Shown here: piece by piece, positions 13,072 through 26,598 of the stretch
Numbering within the stretch: the first letter of the stretch is position 1
Layout of the letters: every line of letters starts with the position of its first letter
DNA from: Paraspadella gotoi
Taxonomy: Eukaryota; Animalia; Chaetognatha
NCBI GenBank assembly: GCA_051294375.1
Contig: CM119265.1
Coordinates: forward strand, 16,238,896-16,302,895
DNA: 64,000 bases
Direction of reading: 5' to 3'
The notes under the pieces: model-generated
What the model was told of the DNA's origin: nothing
The model's input: the letters and a program-made list of their open reading frames with translations, nothing else
Database searches by the model: none
Made by a program: the position numbers and the translations under genes

Positions 13072-14901
13072 TCACCAAATTGGCAACGCGACGACGATGA
13101 TAGCGACGAGAAGGACGACGATGACGACCCAAAGTGCCGACGTCGCCGACTTGCGAACGACGCGCGAAGCGTTTCGCGTTTCCCTGGCAACCGCCTTGTT
13201 TGTTTTCGTCGTCGTCTCCGTCACGTCGGCGATGATTTCGTTTTGGAGATTCACCTCCTGTGGAGCCGAGTCAGGGCGGACGGCGAATGGGAAGGACAGA
13301 AAGTCGGAGGACAGAAACTTGGTCAACTTGTTTGTTGTAAATACGAAAAAAAAACAAAACAAAAAAACAAACAAATAAACTAGCCTGGCCTATTGTGACG
13401 GCGATGTCCTTTTGTTTCGTCAATATCGATGCCAATCCTTTCAAGCTTTCGTCTTGTGTATTTATCATACGTTTTTGTGTCGTTTTTAACTCCTCATTGG
13501 ATTGGCCGGCGTATTCGCTGGAATCGACCAATGAGAACCGATTTTCGACGGATGAAGATGACCCTTTAAAATAACGTATAAATAAATAAATAAATCGGTC
13601 TCTTCAATTTTCTCATAATTTATCCAATTATTAGTTATATCCAATTAAAAAATTATTACTTGATTGAAAAGAAAATTACTATTAAAATTGAGTCTTGAGT
13701 GAATGTGATTGAATGCTGTTATGATTATATTGCGAGATGGATTGAGGTCTTAACTCACCAAAGCCTGTAAGATGTACAACAACTGTACTCTACAGGGTAC
13801 ACTGTTCACTGTAGGTTGTGAACAAAGTCATGGGCAAGACGGGAATTAAGGGAAAACATAATTTTTATATTGTCTGTTTTCGTTGTACAACTTTATTTCC
13901 ATATATTTTATTATTTACTTATAGAATCGATGTAAGATGCATTCAGCTTTTTAAAAGCTAGAAATTGAAAAAAAAAAAAAAAGAAATTAAGAGATGGGGA
14001 TAGCTTTTTTGAGATATTTTCGTCCTTAATTACTAAGGCCATAAGTTGTTACTAATTAGGGTTCAGAGAGATTCGCAAATGATCGAACTATACCTCCCTT
14101 GGAGAGAAGCGCCGACCGGGCGTTCCCGCCCCCAAAACCATTCGTCAGAGCTTCCTCCAGCTGCTTCTGTCTCGTCAGCAGAACATCCATCATCGCCTAT
14201 GGTCCACGATGATGGTTGCGTATAGAATTTATCCGATTTTACCGATGTCACGAAGCATTTTAACATTAGTTAAAAGATAATTTTAATTTGTACGTAATTA
14301 TATTAAAGTGTTATGAGAATCTGACGTCGTTTTCCTTTTCTCTTAAAAATCTTTGCTTCAGTTCTGCAGTCTGCAGTCCTTCAAAACACGATCTCACCTG
14401 TCGGCGGTCGAGCTCTCGGGAAGTTAAATAATACAGCCTGGAGGCTTTCTCAAGCTCGTTCGACAGTCTGTGGCAGAATTATTACTAAATATAAATTATT
14501 TCTGTATATTAGTAATAATAGTTTAAATATAGGATATAATTACATCCTCCTTAAATTATTTTAATTTTATTATTAATATTTAATGACGAAATAAGTAGTT
14601 TATGATTCTCAAGTAAACAGTGAAGTTATATTCACACCGCCTCAAAAGTAACCATTTCTCTCGTCGATTATGTAAGTTTAGTTTTGATTTAAACCACACC
14701 TCATTGTCGGCCGTTATGACAGCAACCTACGTCAGACCTGCGAATGTCCGCGGCGAATCTCTTCAACAGCAAACGGATCTGAGTGGAGGCTTTGGTAAAA
14801 GCTGCGGAGTTCCTCGTAGACTTGTCTCGATCGGCGAGTCGCACGGCAATGAGGCGGCCTGCTGACGAGGCTGCTTCCATGTCACGGAGCCACTCGTCCA
14901 T
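13072..14901 (-). CDS. STX8: Syntaxin-8 (Qc-SNARE), 5 exons, 233 aa
   Basis: Exons 14901-14738, 14467-14398, 14196-14094, 13563-13385 and 13257-13072 join in frame (702 nt): MDEWLRDME...LTSRELDRRQAMMDVLLTRQKQL...QDESLKGLASILTKQKDIAVTIGQEVNLQNEIIADV...RKSATSALWVVIVVLLVAIIVVALPIW*. This is collinear with the syntaxin-8 N-terminal helices, SNARE motif and C-terminal anchor as I recall them. Intron 4 is GC-AG. Confidence 0.92.
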
Positions 14902-15206
14902 CACGGTCGACGAACGACAAACGATTAAAAACGCCGAAGAAAATGAAAAGGATTTTCTTCGAAAGGATGGGCGAATCTCGAGAAATTATTTATAATTTTA
15001 TTACAAGAAAAAAAATGTTGTGAATATTTGTCAGTTAAAGCAGAAATTGAACGTTTTCGGTCCACGGTTTTATCAGTCAAGGAATATTGACAGATATTAA
15101 AGAGTATTAAATAGGATGAAAAGGACTGAAGCCTAAAGGTCATCATTAAGATTCAGATAAGATATTGCAGTGAGAGAGAGAGAGAGATAATAAAAAATCA
15201 AACTTC

Positions 15207-15423
15207 GGATTGATTAAAAAAGTTTAAGTGACCGAGAGGAGAGAGGGTCGATCGCCTCTCTGCGGGAGTTGTCGGTGAACTTGACGTGATCGCCGGAGGT
15301 CTCCTCCGCTCTCCTCCCGTCTTGCAGTTACGGAGGAAGGCTTTCCTCCACGCCCCTCGAAGTGGGCGCGGCAGCGCACAGCGATCCAAATGGCTTAAAT
15401 TTCCGGAAAAACCTCCCTTTTTT
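15207..15423. ncRNA. Candidate structured RNA (GC-rich multi-hairpin island with 7SK-like motifs)
   Basis: Several hairpins; GGATTG...CGATCC terminal pairing followed by AAATG; two GATC motifs able to pair; T6 run at 15418-15423. Identity not established. Confidence 0.25.
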
Positions 15424-16084
15424 GGCAAAAAAAACTTTTTCTCGTATGCTGATTATCATAGATTATCATAATTTATAACCAAACATATCTTTTATTTTTT
15501 TGTACTAGACAATAACATAAAACAAATGTTCGGCCAACTGAATGGCTTAAGTTTAAAATGATAACTTGAAATGGTAGTTTTTTTTTGCTAAATTCGAGCT
15601 GGCGTGGGCCACTGCAGTTTCTGAATTGTATCAATAAGATATTTTTATTTTTATCGAGCCTACCGGCGAAGCCGTTTCAGGCTCGATATTGATTCGGGTA
15701 AGCTTCTTTGTGATATCATCGTCGTCGTCGTTGTCGTTGTCGGCGTCACGCATTTTTATATAAAAACTACTACGCTTTTATAGTTTTGGCTGCGACTTAC
15801 CGTTTTTTTTAAATAAAAATTATTATAAATTACAATAAAGTTTTATAAAAGTGTGCGATCATAGTAAATTAAAAATTTTGATATGGCTTCTCATCTTGAA
15901 ATAACTCTGAAATATCCATATTACATTTGGTTTCAAGTATTTTTTGTTTGAATTTTCACTTCATTATGATTTACTGCAATATGCAAATGAGATTATAGTA
16001 CTCATTATAATATCCAAATTATTATATAGAAATGCTTTAATCTAATTTACATATTACAGTAAGTAATATTGAAAATGAGATTCA

Positions 16085-16385
16085 TTCATTCTCTCTTTCT
16101 CTCTCTCTTTCACTCATACACGCATTTGTTTGTTTTATTTATGATGAATGATTCATTGCGTCAATGAATGACTATCATCGCATCAATTAATGGCTGTCAT
16201 CGTATCAATGAATGATTATCATCACATCAATGAATGACTATCATCGTATAAACCATTTGGTTATTATCACATCAATCATTTGGTTATCATCACATCGATC
16301 ATTTGGTTATCATCGCATCAATCATTTGGTTATCATCGCATCAATCCTTTGGGTTATCATCGCATCAATATTTGGTTATCATTGA
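16085..16385. repeat. 22-23 bp minisatellite-bearing dispersed repeat
   Basis: About 10 units of atcatttggttatcatcgcatca next to tttgtttgttttattta. A related inverted copy lies at ~33660-33865. Confidence 0.85.
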
Positions 16386-16463
16386 AGGGAGGCTCGATCC
16401 TATTCTTTTAAGATATTTTTTTACTCATTTTTCTCAATATCTTACGCCAAAGAGCTTAAGTCT

Positions 16464-19400
16464 TCACGGCAGGCCGTCCGATTCCTCGAGTTTGCGCCTG
16501 CTCAAATAGCGGTCCTTCCCTGGTCTGTGTCCTTTCATCTCCTTGGCGCCGACGGCCTTTGCTTTATCCTTGTTTCCCTTCTTGTTTTGGTTCGACGGAT
16601 TCTCTTTTTTCGGTTTTGAAGAGAACTTCCGCTCAAGATTCTCTGACTTTGAGGAAAAGCTTTTATTTTCGTTGAGGTTGGCGTTGGCGTTGGCGTTTTC
16701 GTCTTTCTTGCCCCAGTTCTTTGGTTTGAGGCTCTCGTCAACTGTTATTTTACCTGGAAGGAGAAAGCTAATCTGTATGATGAAAAAAAGACCCGTTTCA
16801 CTATTTGATCATGCTTTTTATATTTGATATAAATTCAAGGTTAATTAATTATTAATTATTTAATAAGCTGATCAGTTTCCTAATCAGATGCTTACCGCTA
16901 CCGATCTTGAGCAGATGCAGCAGCGTTTGCTCAAACTTGTTTAATTGAAAATTGGATCATCCTGTCGGTTATTTCAATTTTAGTAGGATGGTCATTAGAG
17001 CGTAGTGAAAGTTACATAAGAAAATTTTAAATGTCAATTATGAACAACATACCATCAGTGAACATTAATTTGTAAAAAAAAAATTTTATGTTCTTTAATT
17101 TTCGCAGTAGGCTATATTTATATATAGTACTCCCCTTATAAAATCGAAAAATTTCAAAATAGGCTTTTCTTTATTTTGATTACAGATTTGAAATCCTCGT
17201 CAAAAGTTAAAAAAAAAATATAAATCATTTTTAAAAATTCTTTCATTAAGTGGGTTAAAAATTAAAAAAACTATATTAGACATCGTGAATTTCGTTTCTT
17301 TTCATTGTGGTTACGTATTGGAAGACGTTTTTAATGTTTTTCTACGACTTTATTTGGTTAAAACAAATTTCAGCAAACAATATCGGATCTGCCCACGATC
17401 ATTATCGGTAATTAATTAATTAATTAATTAATTTATAATTAATTTATTCAAGTTAATTATTTAATTAATTATGCAATTATGAAATTAATTTGATCCAAAA
17501 TGTTTGTTTTTGATTGATTAATTAACTGATTAATTAATTATTGATTAATTAATTGACTAACTGATTAAATTAACTAATTAATTATTTGATTAATAAATAC
17601 TTCTTGCATTTACATTTAAACTCATTTCCACTCAAACGATTCCATCGAAACTTGATTTCCAGTTTAATCACACACTTTTCTACCCAAATACAAATTTTCA
17701 AGTGAATCGCCCCATCCACTCATGAGTAATTGGTGTTCAAATAGTGAAATATATTTTTTTGTTTTTTCCATTTAAACTCATTTCCACTCGGACGATTCTA
17801 TCGAAACTTCATATCCAGCTCAATCACACACTTCCCTACCCACACACAAAATTTCATTCCAATCCATCCATCCAATCACGAGTAATTGGTGTTTTTTGCT
17901 AAGGTACATAATTTATCATAATTCGATGTTCTGACATGATATAAGTGAATGCCCGACAAGATTGAGGGGGCGGACCGACGGACCGACAAAGTGAATTACA
18001 GAGTCGGGATCTGCTGAAAGCAGATCCGACTAAAAACGTATATGTTTCGGCTTACATACAAGCCTTCTTCAGCGTTAGCAAATTTTTTTGTGAATTTTTG
18101 AAATTATTTTGTGCAAAAAAAGAAGAGAGAGAAAGAGAAAGAGAGAAAAATAGAGAGAGAGGGGAAAGTTTCCAACATAGAGATGAGAAAAGAATAGTGG
18201 TCAGATGTTAGGACAGGTTAAGATAAGGACAGATTGAGTTAGATTGTGAAAAGGAATTAAATGGTGAAAGGAAGAAAGAGAGAGAGAGAGAGAAAGAGAG
18301 AAACATTAGAAACAATACATTATGCAATGTACAAGGCGGGCCAAAATTGAACACTTTTTATAACTTTTAGTTCTTTTAAAAAATTCCTTTTTTCCTTCTA
18401 TTACCATCTGAAATGATCTATTCGAGACATAACACTATAGCACTAGCTATTGATTCTATTATTTTTTTATTTCTTACATGATATTTTACGTAATCAGAGA
18501 AACGTTAAGCGTGTCAAAAAAATAGGGAAAAAAAGAGTAAAACGTTCTGACAAATTAAAAAATTTATGGAGGAATCTACTTTAATCGTTAATTGCAAGTT
18601 TAATTTTTAAATATTTGAATTATGCCAACTGATATATGACACAATGAAAAATGGCGTAACGTTACTGTTCCGTGCATAAAAAAAATTCACTGTTCAATAT
18701 TATTATATTTCTTTTTATTTTTTGAAACGTTATAGTTTCATATGCTGATATCCAAAATATCAATGCAAAATCTTTTTTTGTTTTTTTGATATGACTGAAT
18801 AATGGGTGAAAGATAATAAATTTTAAAAAAAAGTTACTTATTCATATTTATTCATGAATTGTAATAGAAAAAAAATTTAAAAAACATAATAGTACTAATA
18901 GTTAGTGTTATGTCTCAAATAGATGGAAAAAAACCTCATTTAAAAATTCGATCGGGAAGTGGTAACTAAGGCTTACCAATGGCATTCCTCCACGCCGATT
19001 GTTCTCTCAAATAATTTTTTTTATTTAATACATTTGAAAGGGAAAAAAGAAAATTTGGAATGCAGGTTGCCAAGAAAGGGTACAGATAATCTGGACTTAT
19101 TGACATGATAACCATGACTTTTAATATCTTGTGAAATGGGGCAGTAAAGAAATCTAAAAAATTTTATCATTAAGTCAGTCAATGAACCCTTTCCAATGGA
19201 CTATACGAAAATATTTTTTCTTAATTAAAATGGATGATAAATAATAAAATTAAAATTCCTTGCTATATTTAAAAAAAAAATTATCAATACAAATTAACAC
19301 AATGATGTTTGCTTTGTCAAATATGTTACCAGCTAATATAATTTTTACAACTTATATGATAAACAGCAGTGTCAAGCTTTTAGTTTGCAGTTAAAGATAA

Positions 19401-22400
19401 TGAAAAATGACGATTTTTTTCAACAGATAAGAAGGTAGATGTCCAGACTGTTATATCAAGCTGAAAACATTTTTTGTATTTATCATTTTTAATATTTAAA
19501 AATATTTTTTATCAAGCTACAACATAAATTTTTGCTTGTTTTTTACTTTAACTGAAAAATATAAGCAATTTATGGAATAAAAAAATTTAATAATAACAAA
19601 ATGTAATTCAGTCTTTCCTTTTTCAAATTACAAGAAAAAGAAAAAATTTCATATGTCTTCATTGAAATTTTTAAAGCAAAAAACTGTTATACTTTTAACT
19701 CTGTTTAAACAAAAGCTGTGTAAAGATTTATGGATTTAATTTAATAAAACTCTTTAGAAAGGATGTCCCATGATTAGGGCTTTAATTTGATACCACATCC
19801 ACCTTGCTACCTCTTTTCTTTCAAAAGTTATTTAAAAAAAATTACGTTTTTTAAATTACGCAGTACAAATCTTTGTTAAATAAAAATTTCGGCAAAGCGG
19901 GAGTATCTCACTTATTTCTGTTGGTACAATACTTAAATTTCAAAATAAAACTTGAAGAAAATTTTTTTGTCATTTAGAGACATATCACTTTCAGATGTAC
20001 CCATCGTATAATAATTTATTTATTTATTTCCCCCAAAAAAGCCTAATTAGAACAGTTGAAATTTTTTCAAATTGTTGGCAAAAAAATTTCATCCGACCTA
20101 TGCTCATTGAGAATAATGGTTTTGCATAGAAAATTAAAATATCAAAAAAATAAAAAAATCAGCCTCTAGAAAAATCTAAAGGCTAGAGGCTGATTTTTTT
20201 AGAATTGCAAATTTTTTTTCCTGACTCATAATCCATTATTCTCAAGTTTCAAAATATTTTTTTCCAAAATCATTCAATCAATTTTTTTTATTAATTTAAA
20301 ATGTTTTTATGTTGTTTTTGTTTGAAAGAATTGAAAAAAAGTGAAAAATATAGTAATTATATAAGGTTTTTGAAAATACCTTTAAAATATTAAATAATTA
20401 GACACAAGGGGAGTAAGCAGAGAAAACTTCCCATTCATAAAGAAAATTGAAAATGAATTTGTCATATTGTTATTTAGATTAATTGACCAATTACAAACAA
20501 ATGATTCATATAAATTGAGGAAATGATGGGTAAAAAATATTCATCTTGGTCTCGGTTAACTATTAGGTTGTCGTTAAAGTTTTGTTTTAATAATATTAAT
20601 ATTTTTTTTGCATTTATAAAAGCAATGGTCTAAAATTTTGTAAGCGTTTCGAGCTATATTGCTTCATCTTTTTTACTATTTTTGATCTAGTTAGCTTTTT
20701 TGTTGATGGTCAAGGGTTATGGTCAGATACAGATATGTCCAGTAGTGTATATCGCACATATTACCAAAAGTAGTGATCAATTAATTTGGCTCAGAAACGA
20801 TTTTAAAGGGACAAAATCAGCACGAGACCGTTTCGCCACATTATTTTTCATCGTGTCATATGTCAATTTGGAGTTACGTTTCTGCCTCCTTACTACTGTC
20901 AAGGATATTTAACCAAAATTTTTGAAAATGCTATTTTCTAATTAAAAATATATATATTAGTATTGGATTCAGCTTTGATTGCTTTTTTTACGCGTTTGTT
21001 TGTTGTAAAAACTACGCCAAAACGTATTATTTCGTAATTAGATGTGTGACGTTAATGATTTTTCCAAACCAAAATAATCAAAATTGTTCACGAAACGTTC
21101 ACAAACATTCATTATGTATCTCCATACAGGAGTCCCGCTCCAGCAAAGAATCTCAAATGATCGCGAGAGACGGACGATGAGCATCCGAATTATAGTCATA
21201 TCGACTTTACTTTACTTTACTTTACTTTACTTTAGTTGCTCCGCGAGTACTAATAAGTACTCATCTAAAAATATCTTAATTCCAAATTTAGAGTTAAAGG
21301 TGGCGTTTTAGGGAAATGAGGTTTATCAGGGTACATCACCTTACCAAAAAGGATTAACAAAAATTATGCACTATTACCTGAGTTATGAATATTTAAAATT
21401 TTAGTAGGACAGACCAATGGACCAACCAACCTCCCAACCAACCGAGCAACCAAAGATTGATTAATTGAATTGGTAATTTACCGAAATATATAAGTGCGGC
21501 AACAGCGATAATGATAAGAACATCCAACAACAATATTAGTATGACGGCTACCAACATCCCATAAGTCTTGACATTTACAAGCGGCGTATTGCATAGATTG
21601 CTGTAACACTCTTTTATTCTAAAAGTTTCGTCATTATCTTTTGTTTTCTTGTGAATGGCCACTTCTAGTTCTTTCGCCCTAAATTTATATGTAAAATAAA
21701 ATCAGCCATAGCCGATGAAGTTTAAATGCTAATGTATTAAACATTAAAATAATCTATCATGAGCATAGATTTTTTTTCAAAAAATGGATGGTACTAGTAG
21801 GGGTAGCCTAACTCAGTAAGGTGGTTAAGAAATTTGAATTAAGCACCTGCTCAAACAAAAATTTAGACATTTTTTGGCACTTTTTTTCAAAGAAGCCCCC
21901 TTGCTGCGGCTCCTGAAGCAGCGGACTCAAACACGCACAAAAATTGTATCTTCTGCTGCTTCCATCGTCGTTTTATACGTCACTCCTTTTGTCGTGGCTC
22001 TAACACGCCAAGACGGTCTTTGCACAATGATCAAAATGAGGTTTTTTTTCGGAAAAACTATGCTGATGGCGCAATTAGTTGGTTTTTAGTAGGTTGTTAT
22101 ATTATAAGTAGTTATATTTAAAAAACTTTATTAAAATGTTAAATGAAAATAATTCTATCATGGTTTTCTTAGATCGTTTCCTATATTTTTTTTAGTAAAA
22201 ACAGTTAAAGACAATTCTAATTTTTCAATTTTTCAATTTTGTATAGAATTAATCAAGCATCTAAATTTTTTAAAGTTTCATGACAGCTTTTCAGTTTTAA
22301 TATTATTTAAAATTTCCTTCCACAAAAATTTTTTATGGCTCAAAAATTAGGCGGCATCATAAAAACAATGCCAATAAAGCGGATTATGAAATTGATAAAA

Positions 22401-25400
22401 AATATTATATAAGAATGATTCAGAATAAGACAAAGATGTCAAAGTCCATATACCTTAGATATACTTAAATACACCTTAGCCAATATAACTTAGGAAAAAA
22501 TTCTAATAAATAATAATAATGTTAACAAATAAAAATTTAAATTTGAAAAATCTCCTTTTCAAATGAAAAGAAATGAATTAACATTGACAAACAACTTGCC
22601 TCTAATCTCCATATCTGAATGATAATTGGATACAATTATGTTTTTTTCTTCTTTTCGTCATTTTTTGCTTTTTATTTTTTTTCCTCCAAGTTATTATTGT
22701 CCTAGCTAAGAACTAAGGTTGTTTTTTTTAAATTTAAATTTTTTTTTTTAAATATTATACATATTAGTCATATCTAATTTTTATAAAAAAATTATTTAAA
22801 AAATCATTTGGTTATAACCATGCCGGACACAGCGGACAAAAAGTCAAATATGGTAGCTTCCTGATATGATGAATCATTAAATGCAGTAGAAATGGCCGTG
22901 CTTCTACGTGCTTCCATATAGACTTGAGGCTAGTATTTGAAAACTTATATACATTAAAATGCTGTTCAAACAAATTATAATTCAGTCCATGCAAACTAAC
23001 CAGTTATTGACAATGAGTTAAAAAAAATTAAGTTTTTATCGTTAAAATGTCTACAAATAACAAAACAAAGTGAGCTCCAAAAAAAGAAAAACATTGTATC
23101 TCCAATATGAATAATTTTTACAACCCGATATCATAAGACAGTGTTTTTGTGATACACCTGGACGGATTAAAAGAAAAATTTTAAACATATGATGTACCAC
23201 CCTTTATCCAAGTAAAAAAAATATTTCGATGACTGTGCGAGATAAAAATGAAATTTCCCTTTCATTTCTATCGTGAAAACGTGGATTGAAAATCCTCCAG
23301 AGACGATTAGTCCATTTCCCCTGGCTTGTTCGATAGTAAAATCTTTATCAAATGCCACAAGAAAACATTAACGAGCTCTTGAGATGCAAAGCTGTCGGAA
23401 TCGTGCGTTTTTACAACTGTTTTCTACCGGAATTTCTTGCAGCTTCGTTTGTAAAGTTATGCAGTCAGATTTGAAAGAAAATCTCTATTAGAAAAATGTT
23501 GAATTTTTTTTAAAGAAAGATTTTTGCCTATACTTACATTTCTGTAGTAAGCTTTCTTTGCTCACATTTCATTGCGTGGTATGGAGGAAATCCAGACGGA
23601 TAAACAGAAATAATTAAACAAGTTTCGCAAAAATCCAATTTTGTGAACTGTAGTTTCACACTAGTTCCATCATAACATTGCTGAAAAAATATAGCTTCAA
23701 TTTTTTTCATTATTAATAATATAATTAATAAATTAGTTATATATAGTAGTGCGTTCTAAGATTTATTACTTTAACATAATTTTTAGGAGTTCTGTAATAT
23801 ATATAAAATATATAAATATATAAAATATCTTTTGTCATTTATGTATTTATTTATTTATTTATTTATATATTCGCCCAATGGGTCACAATTAGAAAAAAAT
23901 GCTGAAGCTACCCCGTGAGCCATATTCACTGACAAGAAGTAAAATTTAATGATGTTTGACATACCAATCATTAAGAAAATTTTATTATACCATATGAATA
24001 ATGATAGTACTATCTAAGAAAAAAGTATATCACATAATTGTTGAAAAGTTCATTTATTCAATAAACAAGTTTGAGCAAACAATGTCGGATCTGCCTACAA
24101 TAATTAAGGGGTTATCAGCTAATCAGATGATAAATGACAGATCGTACCATACCAAACCAGTAATACAAACAAATACTTTTAGCTGGATCTGCTTACAGCA
24201 GATTCCGGCTCTATATTTACCTGTTTTAGTACTTTGTTGCTGTAAAAATCAAAAGTATGTGTAATTTTGGTAAAAATAGGCTGAAAATTAAGTGTCTTGA
24301 TTAAATTATGATAAAATAATAAAACTAATGGTATTTAATATGTGCCTTACACTTTAATCTGCTGAATATAATCATTTGACTTAAAATAAGTCATATATGA
24401 ACTGGGATATGACTTAAATAAATTAAAAATTACATTTTTTAAAGATTTTTGGGGATTTATTTGGTAGTATCTCAATAAATATTTATCATAAAGAGTTGGC
24501 AATAGGCTCAAAATGAAGGTCACATCCTATAGTTTCTAGTCCATATAGATTAAGTAAAATCATATCATATCATTATGGCAAATTATTTAAAAATTTATTT
24601 AATATTTTTCCAAATTTTTGGGGGGATGAGGTACCTATATTGAAGCTTGAAGAAAAATTTTATTTTTGAATTAATTGAAAGAAGACTGTCTATAGAACTC
24701 GTTGGTATCCTTAATTTTTTAGATTATAGTCTTATTATATTCTCAATAATACTCACCATTTTATTACTTTTTTAAAGAAAAAATAATATATTTTAATAAA
24801 TAACTTTTTAATCAAAAGTCGGAGAAAGTTGGGAGTGGTCCTAAATTAAAGCTCTCGGTTGTTGTTTGCTCAAACTTGGTTTCAAAAAGATTTACATTAC
24901 TTTTTATCAACTTTTTTAAAGATTTTGACCTATCTAAAGATATAATTTTTTTTTAAATTATATTACATTTTATCAATTTTTTAAGTTTGTTTTGAGATAA
25001 AAACCGCCTTGACGTTTCTTAAGCAATAAATATTTTAATGAATAGACAGCAAACAAGTTTGAGCAAACAATGTCGGATCTGCCTACAAAAATTAATTAAT
25101 TAATTAATCAATTAATTAATTTTAATATTTAATAATTAATTATAAATTTATATACAGCTTATCATCATTGATGTCCTTAAAATTCACAATTCCGTCAAAA
25201 CTTTATATCTAGCTTCTTCACACACTTTCCTTCCCGCTCACAAAATTTCATCTCAATCTATAATGGGTTAAAATAAGTAAAAAGAGTCAAGTAAATATGA
25301 CTCATATTTTTTTCATTTAAACTCATTTCCACTCGTACCGAAACTTTATATCAAGCTTCGTCACACATTTCCCTACCCACACACAAAATTTGAACTCAAT

Positions 25401-26598
25401 CTATCCATCCAATTATGATTAATTAGAGTATTTATTAGTAAAAATAAGTAAAAATATTTTAGTAAATATGACTTATGTTTTTTCCATTTAAACTCATATC
25501 CACTCACACGATTCCGTCGAAACTTTATATCCAGCTTTATCACAAATTTTCCTACCCACACACAAAATTTCATTCCAATCCAACCAGCCAATCACGAGTT
25601 ATTGGGGCTTTTTGCTAAGGTGGAACGGATTGATTGATTAATTAGTGATTAATTAATTGACTAATTGATTAATTAACCAATTAATTATTTGATTTATTAA
25701 TACATCCTGCATATACATTTAATATAAAAGGAAAAAAATCATAATCAATTAGTGAAAAAGGTTTTTTGTTTTTTCCATTTAAACTCATTTCCACTCAAAC
25801 GATTCCATCGAAACTTGGTTTCCTGTTCAATCACACACTTTCCTACTCACATACAAAATTCCAGGTCAATCGCCCCATCCACTCATGAGTAATTGGTGTT
25901 CAAATAGTGAAATATATTTGTTTGTTTTTTCCATTTAAACTCATTTTCACTTGGACGATTCCATCAAAACTTTATATCTAGCTCAATCACACACTTCCCT
26001 ACCAACACACAAAATTTCATTCAAATCCATCCATCCAATCACGAGTAATTGGTGTTTTTTGCTAAGGTGGGACGGACGGACGGAGAGACGGACGGACGGA
26101 CGGATGAACGGACATCATTTTTTTTGCATAATTTATCATAATTCGATGTTCTGACATGATATAAGTTAGTGCCCGACAATATTGAGGGGGCGGACCGACG
26201 GACCGACAAAGTGAATTATAGAGTCGGGATCTGCAGATCCGACTAAATAGTAGTGTTAGATCACATCGCAGCTCCTTGTATTTTGAAGCTAGTGCGGAGT
26301 ACAATATAGTATTCCCGATCTAATACTTAAGGGAGTGATCTTTTCATACAATTGAAACATTCTTTGAAATATTTTGCTGTGTCATTATCTCAAAGCTTGT
26401 CCAGAGTTAGGGGCATGATAACTTATTATTAAATGAATGTATAATTTTTATATTGGTTGTACCAATTTTTTATCTTTTTATCATTCCTCTCTACTACATA
26501 GCAAAATAAAGTACTTCTGCATTGCTAGTATTTTCATTTACCAATCCTTTGGTTCCAGTAGAAGACAAGATTATCAACGCAAACAGAAGCATTAACAT
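16464..26598 (-). CDS. Three-finger (Ly6/uPAR-like, 6-Cys) type I membrane protein 'TFP-B', 228 aa
   Basis: GT-AG exons 26598-26542 (signal peptide MLMLLFALIILSSTGTKG-L), 23680-23538 (QCYDG...FCETC...MKCEQ), 21678-21482 (...KECYSNLCN followed by TM MLVAVILILLLDVLIIIAVAALIYF) and 16753-16464 (basic cytoplasmic tail). Phases 0/2/1 all match, 687 nt total. LxCY start and CxxxxCN end are three-finger hallmarks. Confidence 0.8.
17361..18036 (+). mobile_element. Helentron/DINE-1-like non-autonomous element (HINE), copy 1
   Basis: 5' aaacaa...tcggatctgc sub-terminal repeat, internal ~130-bp tandem units (catttaaactcatttccactc...), a ggac-type tract, and a 3' hairpin ggatctgctgaaagcagatcc followed by gactaaaa. 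Confidence 0.7.
18035..18076 (-). ncRNA. Minimal type I hammerhead ribozyme motif (Penelope-type), stem III variant
   Basis: Minus strand reads aacg-CTGAAGA-a-ggcttg-tatg-taagcc-GAAAC-atata-cgtt. Core, stem II and stem I (aacg/cgtt) are present, but ATATA replaces the usual ATGTA/ATGTC. Confidence 0.6.
20100..20250. repeat. Foldback / nested inverted repeat
   Basis: aaaaaatcagcctctag...ctagaggctgatttttt hairpin (~20153-20199) nested inside ttgagaataatgg / ccattattctcaa. Confidence 0.7.
24063..24212 (+). mobile_element. Internally deleted HINE-like copy
   Basis: Same 5' end (aaacaagtttgagcaaacaatgtcggatctgcc) joined over ~100 bp to a ggatctgcttacagcagattcc 3' hairpin. Confidence 0.65.
25051..26247 (+). 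mobile_element. Helentron/DINE-1-like non-autonomous element, copy 2 (long)
   Basis: Same termini as 17361-18036, more internal tandem units, and a (ggac)n microsatellite at ~26070-26112. Confidence 0.72.

Noticed and set aside
23167-23490. Extra TFP-B exon
   Set aside because: Phase-compatible readings hit stops, and the domain is complete without it.
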